64,000 bases of DNA from Camelus ferus. Its lineage: Eukaryota. The notes under the pieces are model-generated. The model saw only the letters and a list, made by a program, of their open reading frames with translations, had not been told where the DNA came from and ran no database searches. The stretch is from the NCBI RefSeq assembly GCF_009834535.1, contig NC_045696.1, positions 89,716,001 to 89,780,000 on the forward strand, in the 5' to 3' direction. Position numbers and translations under genes: made by a program. This document shows, in pieces, positions 51,791 through 64,000 of the stretch; position 1 is the stretch's first letter; each line of letters begins with the position of its first letter.

Positions 51791-52671
51791 TTCTGAGAGT
51801 GGGCAAAAAGGTTGGTTACCCAGGAAGTGTGAGGGAGCAGGGGAGAAAGGATTTCCTGCCATTTCCTTGGAAAACGAAGGTTGATTTTGAGAACTCTGCT
51901 TCTTTTTGGCTGAGACGAAGACTTTGGGCTTGTTTCTCAAGGTCAAACATACAAGGTTTCATACAGAGTTGTGAAATTACTATCCACATCCTGGATGTCA
52001 AATGTCCATTTACTCTCCAAAAACCAAAAGGGAGAGGGGGACACAATCCACTGAAAAACTAAATGTTATCATCCTAATAACCCAACTTGGAAATTAATGA
52101 CCTGTAGGAATCAAAAGAGTCATTTTGCTTTGGCTCAGGCAGAAAACACTGATGGAATTCTGTGCCAGTGCACTGTAGAGCTTTGTAATTGTTCCCCTAA
52201 ATGGTCAATAGTTTTAATTTGTATATAATATGTGATTTTAATCAGCCTAGGCAATTGTTTATGTGGGTTTTTTTTTCCCACAGAAGCTGCAACATGTAAT
52301 TAGAGCCTCTCATCTGATTTTTCAAAGAAGAGGACTGTCTATATTAAAGAAAACAGAAACTTTCCTTTGCAGTCTATCAATGAAATATACATGAGATCCC
52401 TTCGTACCACACGATGACATACCCACTCAATGCTGATTCGGAGTTAGAAAAGCTTCTTGGCATCAACTGGCCATTGTCATTTATGCACTGAGATTTTTGT
52501 CTGCATCTGGAAGACCCCAACTACCAGGAGTATTTCAACTCTGGCTATCATTACCCATCTCGCAGTAGGTCTAACCACACTAATTCCCTCTTTAACTTAA
52601 TTTTCACTTTTCAACCAGTTTTAATAATGTCATATTGGTATAGCCTAGGGGTAAAAACTAGAATATACTTT

Positions 52672-52892
52672 AAAAATTGAGATATAGTTAACATATAACA
52701 TTATATTAGTTTCAGGTGTACAGCATAATGATTCGATATTTGCATATACTAAAACAATCATCACAATAAGTCTAGTTAACATCTGTCACCACGCATAGTT
52801 ATAAACTTTTTTTTAACCTCATGATGAGAAATTTTAAGATTTACTCTCTTAGCAACTTTCAAATGTGCAGCTCAGTATTATTAACTATAGTT
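52672..52892 (-). mobile_element. L1MA9-like 3' terminus
   Basis: ATATAACATTATATTAGTTTCAGGTGTACAGCATAATGATTCGATATTTG...TACTCTCTTAGCAACTTTCAA. Confidence 0.9.
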
Positions 52893-55348
52893 AATAAAAT
52901 CATAGTAAAATGTTCATTTGTATCAAATGAAAAATAAAGTCACACATATAACATGCATGAATCATAATTTCCAACTAATCAGATTATGATATAAACTCTT
53001 ATGATTATAACCTGCTTACATGTGGTTAGTGATTGGTTCTGGTCCCCTCCCCATCTCCATTTTTAAATGCAGGAGGACGTGATGTATGGTCTGTAGGTAC
53101 AACAGAAGTGTCACTCCTCTTATTTTATTTTGTGGGCTTTTGGGGGACATTATAAGACGAGCTAAAAATACTCTTTTTTGTACTCACTGCACAACAGAGT
53201 GACCACACAATTTGGATTTTTGACTCTACACATCATGATTTGCTATACTCAGTAACAATAATAGTTACTATTTACTGAGCAACTACAGTGTGCCAGAACA
53301 TTACAAACATATGTATGTTTGTATATATATTTACCTGCATTTATTTACATACATAAATCCCTACACAGCCATGACTGTCATTGATGCAAAAGGCAAGTAT
53401 ATATACTTAAAAAATATTATCACTTTAATCACAAATTTTATTTCCAATTAATTGTGAATACCAATGTGTCTCTATTTAGAAGTAGAGTGGGAGAAGTTAA
53501 AGAATAATTTATATTTTATCAGTTTTCTAGAAACTTTAGATTGTTTTCACTTCTCCCATTGCTTTCTGCCGATTAAACTGAATTATATCTAGACCCAGTT
53601 AAGAAAGTAAAATCATTATGTCAAGCAATCCTTTGTCTTTCAGTTGGAAATCACAAAAACAGCATCTTTGATAGGGAAGGGGAAATAAGAGCAATTTGAG
53701 TGCCCATAAAAGTGATTTCCTAAATTTGAATTGTTTAGAAAAAAATCCCCCCAAACAGCTGGTTGGTTAATGGCTAGTGAAAAACTGTGGGAGCTATGTC
53801 AGCGATCCCCAAATTGCAGCTAAACTAATTGCTTGGGAGGCTGCTTTGAAGACAAATAAAATATATCAGTTAAATTTTATGGGAAGTTACAAATGTTTCA
53901 GGGGTCCTGAACTGCTAATCCTTAAATCGGACACAAGGCAGTCGGGGCAGAGGCCCCTCCCCTCTTCCCTCTTTCTCGTCCCGCACTGTCTGTGATGCCA
54001 CGGCCTTGTCCTTTGCTCACTTTCATTCAGCAAAAACGTACTGCTCACCACTGGCGCTGCCAGAAATGTGACTGCAGGCTCTGTTCCACGGTCACTCATG
54101 CCTGTCTTGAGGTGGGGAGTGCAGGGCAGAAGAGGCCATGGTCTCCACGTTGACCCACGCAGCAGTCACTCTCCCATCCTAAATTCTCTTGCATTCCAAA
54201 GGCAGGGGTTGGGATGGGCATTGGCTGTTTATGTTTCTCTCTTTATTCCTTAGTAGCGAAAGCATACATATAATAGAACACCAAATTCAAAACAAACTAT
54301 TTCCACCACCAGCTAAGAAATACATATTATGTAAGCTAGTTAATAAGAAATACATTTGCCATAATTTTCACAGTGCTTTATAATTAGTACCTGTAGGTGG
54401 GGGACACTCAACAGGATGATTAAATTCATGAGCCACATTCAGCTGAGTCTCTCTTGACTCCTACTGCATCTCATGGAATCGGTCAAAGCTTCAGTAGCTT
54501 GTTAGAAGATTCCTGCTCAGGATTTAGTTCTGAACTCCTTACAGTCTAGGATGAATTTTTCTCTCTTTTTAAAAGGTATTCACGTCTCCTTCTTGAAGGA
54601 AGGGGATGGGCAGTAAACATAGACGCACTCTTTGACCTAAGTGGGCAAGACAGAGATGGCGGCTTCATGAAGAAGCACAGGCAGCACTGGGAGGGGTACC
54701 GTGACGTCAGTGCTGAGCTCCCCTGTCTCCAACATTCCTTTCTCAGGGAATGCTTTTGTAACAGCATCAAGATGAAACGTAATTTATATAAAGACTCATG
54801 CATAATGCATGACACCGGTAGGAACCCAGTAAGTATCAGTTTCCTAATCATGTATTGATTCCTTCCCACCCTTCTGAGCGTACACCTATGCGCGCGCCAC
54901 ATGCACACGCACACACACAACTTAACCCAAAACTTAGCCCTGGCTCATTCAAGGCGTGCTAGCTACCACTCTGCACTTTAACAAACCATCCTCCCCAACC
55001 TCCATCTTATTTTGTCTCACTCTGCTTGATTTTTCTGAAATTCCCTAGAAGGACTCTTGGGGAGGATACCTTGTGCTTTTCTAATAGGCTATTAGGTTAA
55101 ACGGGGGAGAAAGGCATTATCCTTTTCTGTGATACAAAATAAACGAGTAATGTTAAGTGTAGTAAATACTGTTTTCCCAAATCACAGCATGCAGCCAAGT
55201 GCTTATAAAAGGCACAGGCGTGAATTACATGGTGCTTTCTTCCCAGCTTGACCTGCTGCAGGATGAAAACAAAGGAGGCCATCCGGACCCACCAGACTGC
55301 AGTTACTCCCACCTCTCAGAGCCCACTGGTAGAAGAATGGATTGGTGA

Positions 55349-55533
55349 TGGGGTTGCTAGATTTACTAAATAAAAATACACAACTCCCAGTTAAATTTGA
55401 ATTTCAGATAAACAACTTTTTTTTAAGTGTAACTATTTCCTTAGTATTGTATGGGGCACACTTACACTAAAAAAATCTGTTTATCTGAAATTCAAGTGTA
55501 ACTGGACATCTTGTATTTTATCTGCTGACCTTA
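55349..55533. mobile_element. MER53 palindromic hAT MITE
   Basis: GGGTTGCTAGATT...CCAGTTAAATTTGAATTTCAGATAAACA pairs with TGTTTATCTGAAATTCAAGTGTAACTGG. Degenerate 8-bp TSD ATTGGTGA / GTTGTTGA. Confidence 0.9.
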
Positions 55534-55646
55534 GTTGTTGAATATGCAAGAACTAGGTTACTAGGTTCACTATTGGTGATCTTTTTAGAGCTCTGGTCTA
55601 TATCACCTAAAAACATTTTTTTTAAAAAAAGGAAATAATTTATATG

Positions 55647-55805
55647 CAGGTGGCTCTCACACTTGGAGTACATAATCATCTGCAGAGCTTTTCAAAACAC
55701 CGTTTGCTGGGCTCCCATCTCCAGAATTTCTGATCCAGTAGGTCCAGGGTGGAGCCTAAGAATTTGCATTTCTTGTAAGATCACAGATGGTGCTGACGAA
55801 GCCGG
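55647..55805. mobile_element. MER5A hAT-Charlie element
   Basis: TTTCTGATCCAGTAGGTCCAGGGTGGAGCCTAAGAATTTGCATTTCT. Confidence 0.88.
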
Positions 55806-56464
55806 TTATAACAGACATCAAGGTGAACTATTTTTGCCCTGGTCATCATAAGCCAGTTGTACACAGTGAAGGGACTTGGTTTAACCAAAGAGGAGGATGG
55901 GAACAAGGAAGAGTGAAATGTTAGAAGTAGTCCACATTAAATGAGAGTGGCTGCAGTGTTCTTTCTCCTGTGGGGAGGGGTGTACAGTATCTTATACAGA
56001 AACTAGATTAAATTCTCCCAAACCATTATCCATCTTACCCCTTCTGAATAAGCCATGGTTTAAACTGAAGTCAGCCTAGAAACAGTTAAGGAAATTATAC
56101 TTACTTCACTAAGTTTTGGTATTGAGGGAAGATATGGAACAATTACTGGGTAAACACTTAGGAACAAATACTAGTGATGGCATCTTCTGAGGGAGAAATA
56201 GTTTCTAGAAATTTGTGAGAAAAGTGAGGCAGGAGATAGTGATAGACACCATCACAAACACTGGACCAAACGGGAACTGTCTTCTATTCTTGTCTCTTTC
56301 AGGGTGCAGCATTCTTTATTTTGAACCTCAAAGAAAAATGATTTTTGCCAGAATCCACCCAAGCAGCTACGAGTGAGGCAGGTGGCTGAAAGTGCCATGT
56401 TCAGGGGTGCTGGTGACTGAAGGGCCTAGCCAACAGGGCCATTTTTTTCTCTCTGTTCAGGTGG

Positions 56465-56700
56465 GTGGTGGGCTTCAGAGTCATACGGTCTACATGGGAA
56501 TTCTGGGTTGGCTAGTAATTACCTGAGTGACCCTGAGAAATCTTCATACCCTCTCTGAGCATAGTAAGTTTCCCCAGTTCTGAAACATGGCTGGAAATAT
56601 CTTCTGCATAGCATGGTTGTGGGGTTCCAAGAAAAGTTATAGGGAAAGGAGCCTCGGATAGACCCCAGCACACTACAGAAGCTCAGTGACCATTAGTCCA
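56465..56700 (+). mobile_element. MIR SINE
   Basis: GGGCTTCAGAGTCA...GTGACCCTGAG...CCCTCTCTGAGC...GAAGCTCAGT. Confidence 0.65.
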
Positions 56701-57499
56701 CATGGACCAGGAAACCATCCCTCTCCGGGGTGATCTGAACATGAATCATGGGTGCTTGGGATCATTTTTGTCTCCTACACACATAGCCTCGTGGTTGCTG
56801 AGTCTTTTCTCCCCTAGCTTTTCCTCTGACCAAAAATACATAGCTTTTTTTGGTAGATATTTATGTTAATTATCAGAAAATGGTAAGTTATTTCAAGTAC
56901 TCTTCAACGAATAAAGCAGCTAACTTTCAAATTATGTTAATCATTTTTTATCTGTCATCTCTTTCTCCATAGACCCCATCAGCTGCCAAGTCAGGACCAG
57001 TGGAGTCTAGTCTTCACTCTCTCACTAATCAGACTCCTGCCCTACAGCCAGTTGACTAACTGCCTTGGGCCTCAGTTTTCCTATCTGTGAAATGCAGGTG
57101 AAGAGTTGGCCTGACATTCAGGGAAATCTTTCTTTTAAGATAGGGCTTGAATGTCTAAATATTCCATGTAAAATGTAATTGAATCAAATAAAAACAAACT
57201 AGCCAACTAGTTGCCTACTATTTGGAAAAATAAATGACTTGATTATTTTAAAGCTAAGCAACCTGTCTAACCACAGTCACTTTCAATCTGACCATATGTG
57301 GGAAAAAAAGAGGCACAGCTTTCTTCGGATATTGCAAGATTTATGACATAAAGGCTATTCCACATGCTGAATACAGACTTCTGCTGTCTTAGCCTTTTTG
57401 TGTATGCTCCACAACTATGCCAGTAGCACCTGGGAAATTCAGCATTCCCAGATCCAGATTTTAGATTGTTTTGAACTCTATTTTATCAAATATTTGGAG

Positions 57500-57890
57500 A
57501 GGGGGAAGGTTTGAGTTAAAAAAGTGATACATGAGAAAATTTGAAAAATTCAGAAAGATATGAAAGGGAACATAATAATCATTAGTAACCCCACTCCATA
57601 GAAACAATCACTGCTAAAACTTTATCATTAAATTCTAGTCTCTATTCTTAACTTTTTTGGATGCATAATATATAACATGCATAATAGCATAATATATAAA
57701 ATTTGACAATCTGTTTTTCTGGCATAATATTATATTAATATGTGTGGATTTCCACATGCTTTTAAAACCTCTGTAAACATCATTTAAAACAATGCTGCCT
57801 AACACCTCATTATATATATTTGCCATAATTTATGACAATACTTTATGTTAGGACTTTAGGAAATGCCCATTTTTTTCACAAATAGAGCTA
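57500..57890 (-). mobile_element. L1ME/L1MC-type 3' fragment
   Basis: AACAATCACTGCTAAAACTTT...TGCCATAATTTA...GGACTTTAGG. Confidence 0.6.
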
Positions 57891-58884
57891 GCCTTTGTTT
57901 TGCTTTGTTTTGTTTCTGGTAATACAATCCATGCATTATAGTGCATATCAATAGCTTCAATAAAAATTAAAACCACTGAATCTGCTCTTGCTGTACTCAG
58001 CTATTTAGAACCTCTGTCAGCCAAAGACAGCAATTCCCTCTCCAATCATGAATGAAAAGCCCTCTATAAGGGAATCTTCAGTTGAGGAATTTAAGACCTT
58101 ATAGAAAAAATAGGGCTGGGGGTGGAGTTTAAAGGGATTATAAATATTGAAGACAAAGAACTCAAGCCATGGTGACCTCAAGAGCCTATCAAACATGCTG
58201 TACATCAAAAGTTAACACCAGTGAGTACAATTCAACCGATTTTGATTGACCAGCCCTTGACTGCCTTGAAACGTCTTAGATTCTCCTTTAAAGTCTCATT
58301 AAAGTGCCTATACGTCATATGGAATAGTCACAGATGGGCCACCCACTGGGACGCATAGTTCTTCTCTGGCTGGCCCTTCAACCTAAGATGCTTTTGAGTT
58401 TTTCCAGCTCTGAGCTGTCGACTTTTAGAGGCTTCTTACATCCTACCCAGGCCTCGAGTGGCAGCTTCAAGACACAGCCCTTCAGTCTCTGGCTTACACA
58501 GCTTAGCGTCTGCCTTCCTCCAGATGCAGAAGTGCAGATCCCTGCCTGGTTTACTTGCCCACAGTTTCCTTTATTTCTCCCAAGACCTCACTATAAAAGT
58601 TTCAACTCCTTCCGTAACTTTTGCCTTCCTTCCTTTTCCTATTCCCAGTTCTCAAATTTTTCTTTTCCTAGTCACCTCCAACTGGAGTGGCTCCCAGATA
58701 ATGGAACAATAGTTTTGAAGTTGCCAAAAAGAGATACAGAAGTGAGACCACATATATGAAAAATTTAAAAACAAGAAACTCAAAGATGGGTCATGGGTTT
58801 GAGGAGGGGACGTTCTATATTTGTCAGCATGAAGCTTTTAACAGTAAAACTAGTAAGTAAATAAGGTCTTGTCAAGGCTTAGTT

Positions 58885-59624
58885 CTTTTTTATTGAGATG
58901 CAATTTAAATATGATAAAATACACTCTTTTAAAGTGTACAACTCAGCAGTGTTTAGTACAATCACAGTTGTGCAACCATCACTGCTATCCAATTCCAGAA
59001 CATTTTTTTTCACTCTCCCCCAAAATCCCTGTACCCATTAGCAATCCTCTCCCATTCCTCTCTTTCTCCAGCTCCTGATAACCACTAATCTGCTTTCTAT
59101 CTCTATGAATTCACCTGTTCTGGATATTTCATATACACGGAATCCTACAATATGTGGCCTTCTGTGTCTGGTTTCTTTCACTTAGCACAATGTTTTCAAG
59201 ATTCACCCATGATGTAGCAGTACTTGATTCCTGTTTTATGACTAAATAATATTTCATTGTATGATATATACCCTAGTTTGTTTATCCATTTATCAGTTGA
59301 TGGACATTTGGGTTGTTTCTGCACTTTTTCTATGAATAATGCTGCCATGAACGTCAGTGTACAAAATTTTGTGTGAATGTATGTTTTCTATTCTGTGAAG
59401 TGAACTCCTTTCACTTCTGAAGGAGTGAAGTTGCTGGGTCATACGGTAGCTCCATGTTTAACTTTTCAAGGAACTGCCAAACTGTTTTCCAAAGCAGCTG
59501 CATCATTTTATTTTCCCTCCAGCATTGTATGAGGGTTCTGATTTTTCTGCATCCTTATCACTTGTTATTGTCCATATTTTTTATTATAGCCATCTTAGTA
59601 GGTATGAAATGGTATCTCATTGTA
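58885..59624 (-). mobile_element. L1MB-type 3' end with degenerate TSD
   Basis: TTATTGAGATGCAATT...TTTAAAGTGTACAACTCAG...CAGTTGATGGACATTTGGGTTG. TSD GTCAAGGCTTAGTT (58871-58884) / GTCAAAGCTTAATT (59625-59638). Confidence 0.92.
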
Positions 59625-62019
59625 GTCAAAGCTTAATTTTAAAAGTAATAGTCAAGAGACATCCTGGGATGGGTACAGGACACATTCAGCTTGACTATCT
59701 GGCCTGGAGATCTCTGATTGGTGTCCCTTGGGGGCCAGATTTGGCCAGTGGATGGACTTCATTTGGCCACTAGGTGGGACGTGAATTCTCCAGTCCTTCA
59801 TGTGCCTTAGAGCTCCCCACCACCTTATCTAACTTCGGTTGGGATTCATCCCTTCATGTCACCTGCCTGGCTTCCGTGGGCATGAGTCTGGGACCCCACT
59901 CATACTTTCTATTTCTATGTCTAGACATCTTTATTCTGTTACTGTTAAAAAACTGAATCAGGATATAGTTTAGAAAGGTTTTGAAATAATGAGTTTTGGA
60001 GATTAAAATTTCTGGAATACAAAACTAAAGTTAACCCCTATATGCTTAATTTTTTTTTTTTTTTAGGATATTCTGTTAAATCAGGGCCTTAAAAATGCTT
60101 CTCCAATTGTAGCATGTTTTGACACATAACTTTCGGGATGGTGAAAATCTACTGACCAAAGACTACTAGGAACACACCTTGCAGGCAGAGTCCAGCTTAC
60201 CTAATTGTGTTGCTTTCAGAAATTTTAAAGTTTGCTAAAAGACTCCATGGTCTGACAGAGTCTATGAAATGGTCAGAAACAAGGCAGAGCTGAAATCACA
60301 TTTATAAAATCAAATCACTGAGGCATTAGAGGTCCTTTATGAACTGGGATATTTTGGGTTTATATCTGTGATAACAGAACTCTAGGACATCAAATGGATC
60401 GTGGAGACTATTACCAAAAAAGCTTCAGAGGAGATCAATACACTTAAGAGATAAGAAATAGCCTGTTTTCAGAGTGAACCAATGTCTATCAGAAACCAAA
60501 CATTTTTTTCTTTAGAGACAATTCTAACCTACAGTTTGGAATAAGAGGCTGTACTTCAGCTTAAAAGACCATTGGGGTGGAAGAAAAGGAGGGAATCAAA
60601 CTATTCACAAAGTAAATCATCTTTTCAAAATATGTTATATGAACTACTTAGCACTTGAAATATTAGCCATACCAGTTTCTTCTTGTTTTCACTGAATCTC
60701 TTTGAAATTCAGCACGTGGATAAGTCAAAAGTAGAATGTTTGCAAATCCATATGCTTTACCCATTCTATGTTTATGAATTTTTAGATTTTTGATGTTTTG
60801 GTGATTTTGTTTGTTTGGCTTTTTGTCTGCATGTTTAAAATCTTCCTGTAGGGTAGATTTTAGGGCATTACAAACCTCTGTTTCCTAAATTCAATAAAAA
60901 TAGGTTTTCAGCATCAGACGCACTGGAACAATTGTACAGGGTGTAGTGAAATTTGCTTTTAAGAATTAATAGGAGTTCCCAAAGGATATATTTTCCCATC
61001 AAACCTAATCCTCATGACCAACAACTATAGCTCCAAGAAATTCTTTATGATTTCTTTTATTCACGTTTTTCTAAGCTTATTCTTACATATCCTCCAGGGT
61101 AACTTTTATTACAGGAATTGCTGGGTTTTCTGCCAAAAAAGAAACACGCTTTATATTTAGATGACAAAGTATGAGAGTCAATGCTTGTTTTTTGCCTACT
61201 GACATTTAAAAAAAAATAGGCAATTTTTTTTATATTTCTGATTTTTTCCCCCCAATTGCAGCCTAAAGCATTGACAGCAAATTATCTCGTATCTTTTTCA
61301 ATAACTGGTGATAAATTACACAATTTTAGTCAATAGTCTTCTGATGAACTTTAATAAGTAATTTGGCCTATAGCTATTCATACAACCGGTGTCACTCTTC
61401 CAGATGGACCTGGGGCAATGTGTTTTTTATTGAGTTCACTGAAAAAACAGAACCACATCCAGTATTTTGTTTTTCTCTATGATACAAAATAATGACCATG
61501 CACCAGGACTAGTAATTCAAAATTTTTGCTACCTACTGTGTTAATATGAGTGAACCAAGGTGAATCAGAGAGGACCAAACATTTGACTCAACTGCGTCAC
61601 AATCCACTTTGTGATTCTACAGGATATTCTTGGTCCTTCCACTAAATCTTAATTGACTTCGAGGGAGACCCAATCAAAAAGCAAGGGAAACGTTCCCATT
61701 CCCCTATCCCCATATACTCACACAGAGCACACACTGGCTTCCCAGCTGCTCAGGTCAGAAGGACTTGTGGATCCCTCAGCTTGGTAGCCTGTGGGCAGTT
61801 TCTTTTGGTATAGACTGGTGTTGTGATTCCTTCATTCTCCTTCACACTTTCCATCCCTTCCCCTGAAGCCCTCAAATGCCTCCCATGTAAACATTTTGAA
61901 GTGTATGTTTAATTAAGATGATTACAGAAAGGTTGGAAAATAAAAGCCACAGGTAGTATTAACACAACTACAACCTAACACAACTATATCCACTTTTTTT
62001 CGGGTAGTACAGCACATTG

Positions 62020-62240
62020 AGGTTTTATAGGATAACAGTTAAGAGACTTCCTGTGTTCAAATACCAGAAATTGCCCTTTATAACTATGTGACTTTCAGCA
62101 AGTTCCCTGACCTCTCTGTAGCACAATTCCTTATTGGCAAAATGGAAGTCATACATTGTGAGGATTCAGTCAACAAATACACATAAAGATTTTAGAACAC
62201 TGCCTGGCACAGTGTGAGCTGTATAAGCATTTGCTGTTGT
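62020..62240 (+). mobile_element. MIR SINE
   Basis: ACTATGTGACTTTCAGCAAG...TGTGAGGATT...AGAACACTGCCTGGCACA. Confidence 0.8.
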
Positions 62241-62249
62241 CCTTAAGCA

Positions 62250-63290
62250 GTATTTTCTGTCTTTTTTCTCTACTGCATGGCTCTAAAAGCATAGTTGAGT
62301 AGATAATATGTGTAAAATGTGTATTATGCTTGTTTCATTTAAGATCATAATAATTGCTTCCCATGCTGTTTTATTGTGTGCATAATTAAAATTGTAATGA
62401 CTGCATACTAGTCTATCTAGTACAAGGGTTAACATTAAATTGATTTCACTTTCTCATTGTTATAAATAATGTTGCCATGAATATCTTTAACTAAATATTG
62501 TTTTCCTTTATTTGAAATATTAATAAGGTAAAATATGACCAGAAGAGGGAACGCTTTTATATTTCAGAAGTATCTTTCTAAGTGGGATGTATAAAAACGC
62601 TGCTACCATTAGCAGCAAGAAAAGAGCTCATCAATGTTATTGTACACATAAAAGACTAGCATGCTGTAATCAAAATAATGTGCATTTTTCTTCCATTTAT
62701 CATATTCAAATATTTCCATGTTTCGTTTGATAGTTATGTTTACTTTTTGTGGCTGATGTGATTAAGTATTTTGCACAATCTATTGCAGAGTTTTAATATT
62801 TTTTCTTATTACTAATTATATTGTAGGATTGCAAACCTGTAACTCTTGCTGTGTTTGTTGGGAATACCTTCTTTTACTCACCCATTGTTTTTCTTTTTAA
62901 GATTTTATTTATATGAGAATATATGTTCTAGACAGTTGGACCTATTTTTGTCATTTACTTATAATATTTCTAAATTTTCTAGAGTCCTGGCAAATGATTT
63001 TATTTTTAAGATTTGATACTGACTAAGTAATGAAACTTATTTTATTGTTCATGAGGTGTCAGTTCGAAGTTGAAAAAGCATTCACCAGTTAGTAATCTAC
63101 AATAATTTACTGAAGAATCTTTCTCTTCCCCATTATATTGGTGGGACCTCTTTTCACAAGATCTTTAATTATCACGTACAATGGGGCTGACTCTGCTAAT
63201 TTCCTCTCTACTAGTGATCTGTCTGTCCTCCTGTAAACGAGACACTGCTTTAATTCTTTTCTTTCAAATACATTTTAACATATTGTAGGA
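62250..63290 (-). mobile_element. Highly decayed L1ME-type fragment
   Basis: TTATAAATAATGTTGCCATGAATATCTT, T-rich strand bias, colinear ORF2-like remnants. Confidence 0.6.
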
Positions 63291-63364
63291 ATACAGGCAA
63301 ACAACTCCATTCCAGAAGGGACTTTTAATAGCTTACTTTTAAAAAAAGTATGTGTGTATGTTTT

Positions 63365-63845
63365 GTTTTGTTGTTTATTTCAGTAAAATTTACATACAGT
63401 AAAACTGATGCTTTCTCAGTATATAGTACTATAAATTTGCACCAACTTACATAGTCATATAACCAGTACCATCCTCAAAAGTTCCTTTGTGCCCTTTTGT
63501 AGCCAATTTCTTCCTCCAGCCCCAGGCAATGACTAGTTTGATATTTTTTCCCTATAGTTTTGCCTTTTTCCAGAATGCCATATAAATGGAATCATATATT
63601 AGGTAAACCTTTTGAGTCTGACTTCTTTATCTTAACACAATGCTACTGAGAGTCTTCTGTTTTGTTGTATATACATCATTACTTCATCCCTTTTTATTGA
63701 TGAGTAGTACTCACATTGTATGGATGTATCACAATTTGTTTATCCATTCACCAACTGATGGACATTTGGGCTACTTATAGCTTTTGGCAATTATGAATCA
63801 TGTTGCAACAAACATTTGCATCCTAGGTTTTGTGTAGACAACTGT
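63365..63845 (-). mobile_element. L1MC/L1MD-type 3' end
   Basis: AATTTACATACAGTAAAA...TTTTCCAGAATGCCATATAAATGGAATCATA...CACAATTTGTTTATCCATTCACC. Confidence 0.88.
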
Positions 63846-64000
63846 TCTTTCTCCAGTTGAATTTTCAAAAATACATTGTTCAGTTCTAATAAGAATCCTA
63901 TCAGGAATTTGATTGGGATTATATTATATCTATATATCTAAATCAATCTCCCTCTCTCTCTATCTCTCTTTTTATATATATATTTAAGAGTGAGGAAAAG

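Noticed and set aside
58334..58759. 141-aa ATG-initiated ORF
   Set aside because: The pyrimidine-rich strand gives a Phe/Ser/Leu/Pro-biased peptide typical of non-coding DNA. No domain or promoter evidence.
60708..60726. REST/RE1-like motif TTCAGCACGTGGATAAG
   Set aside because: Only the left half-site matches. Spacing and right half deviate from the consensus.
1894..63845. Inferring host-gene orientation from L1 strand bias
   Set aside because: L1 fragments occur on both strands (more on minus, but the longest are on plus). Too few for a reliable inference.
1..64000. A novel multi-gene system, CRISPR array or prokaryote-like operon
   Set aside because: The window is repeat-rich mammalian non-coding DNA. 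ORFs are short, often start at TTG/GTG, and overlap repeats. There is no regularly spaced repeat-spacer array.

Overview
Mammalian non-coding DNA (intron or gene desert), AT-rich and CpG-poor overall. It is most likely camelid, because it carries a Vic-1-type tRNA-derived SINE at 43.8 kb and a young camelid-type L1 3' end at 1.9-2.8 kb. I find no protein-coding gene. The only ORF in the track with a recognisable product (2466-2816) is a disrupted L1 ORF2 C-terminus. Much of the window is interspersed repeats: L1 of many ages, L2, MIR, MaLR LTRs and hAT elements (MER63B, MER53, MER5A, MER3). Between them lie repeat-poor blocks with clustered transcription-factor motifs that look like distal enhancers. 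I found no credible novel biological system. The best leads are mechanistic: a young L1 with an over-long, non-canonical target duplication; an L1 5' fragment splitting another L1's ORF2; an ORF1-to-3'-end L1 chimera; and two templated-inversion scars. There are also several candidate regulatory elements and splice-flanked non-coding exons. Repeat subfamily names come from my recall of consensus sequences, and boundaries are approximate unless a TSD is given.
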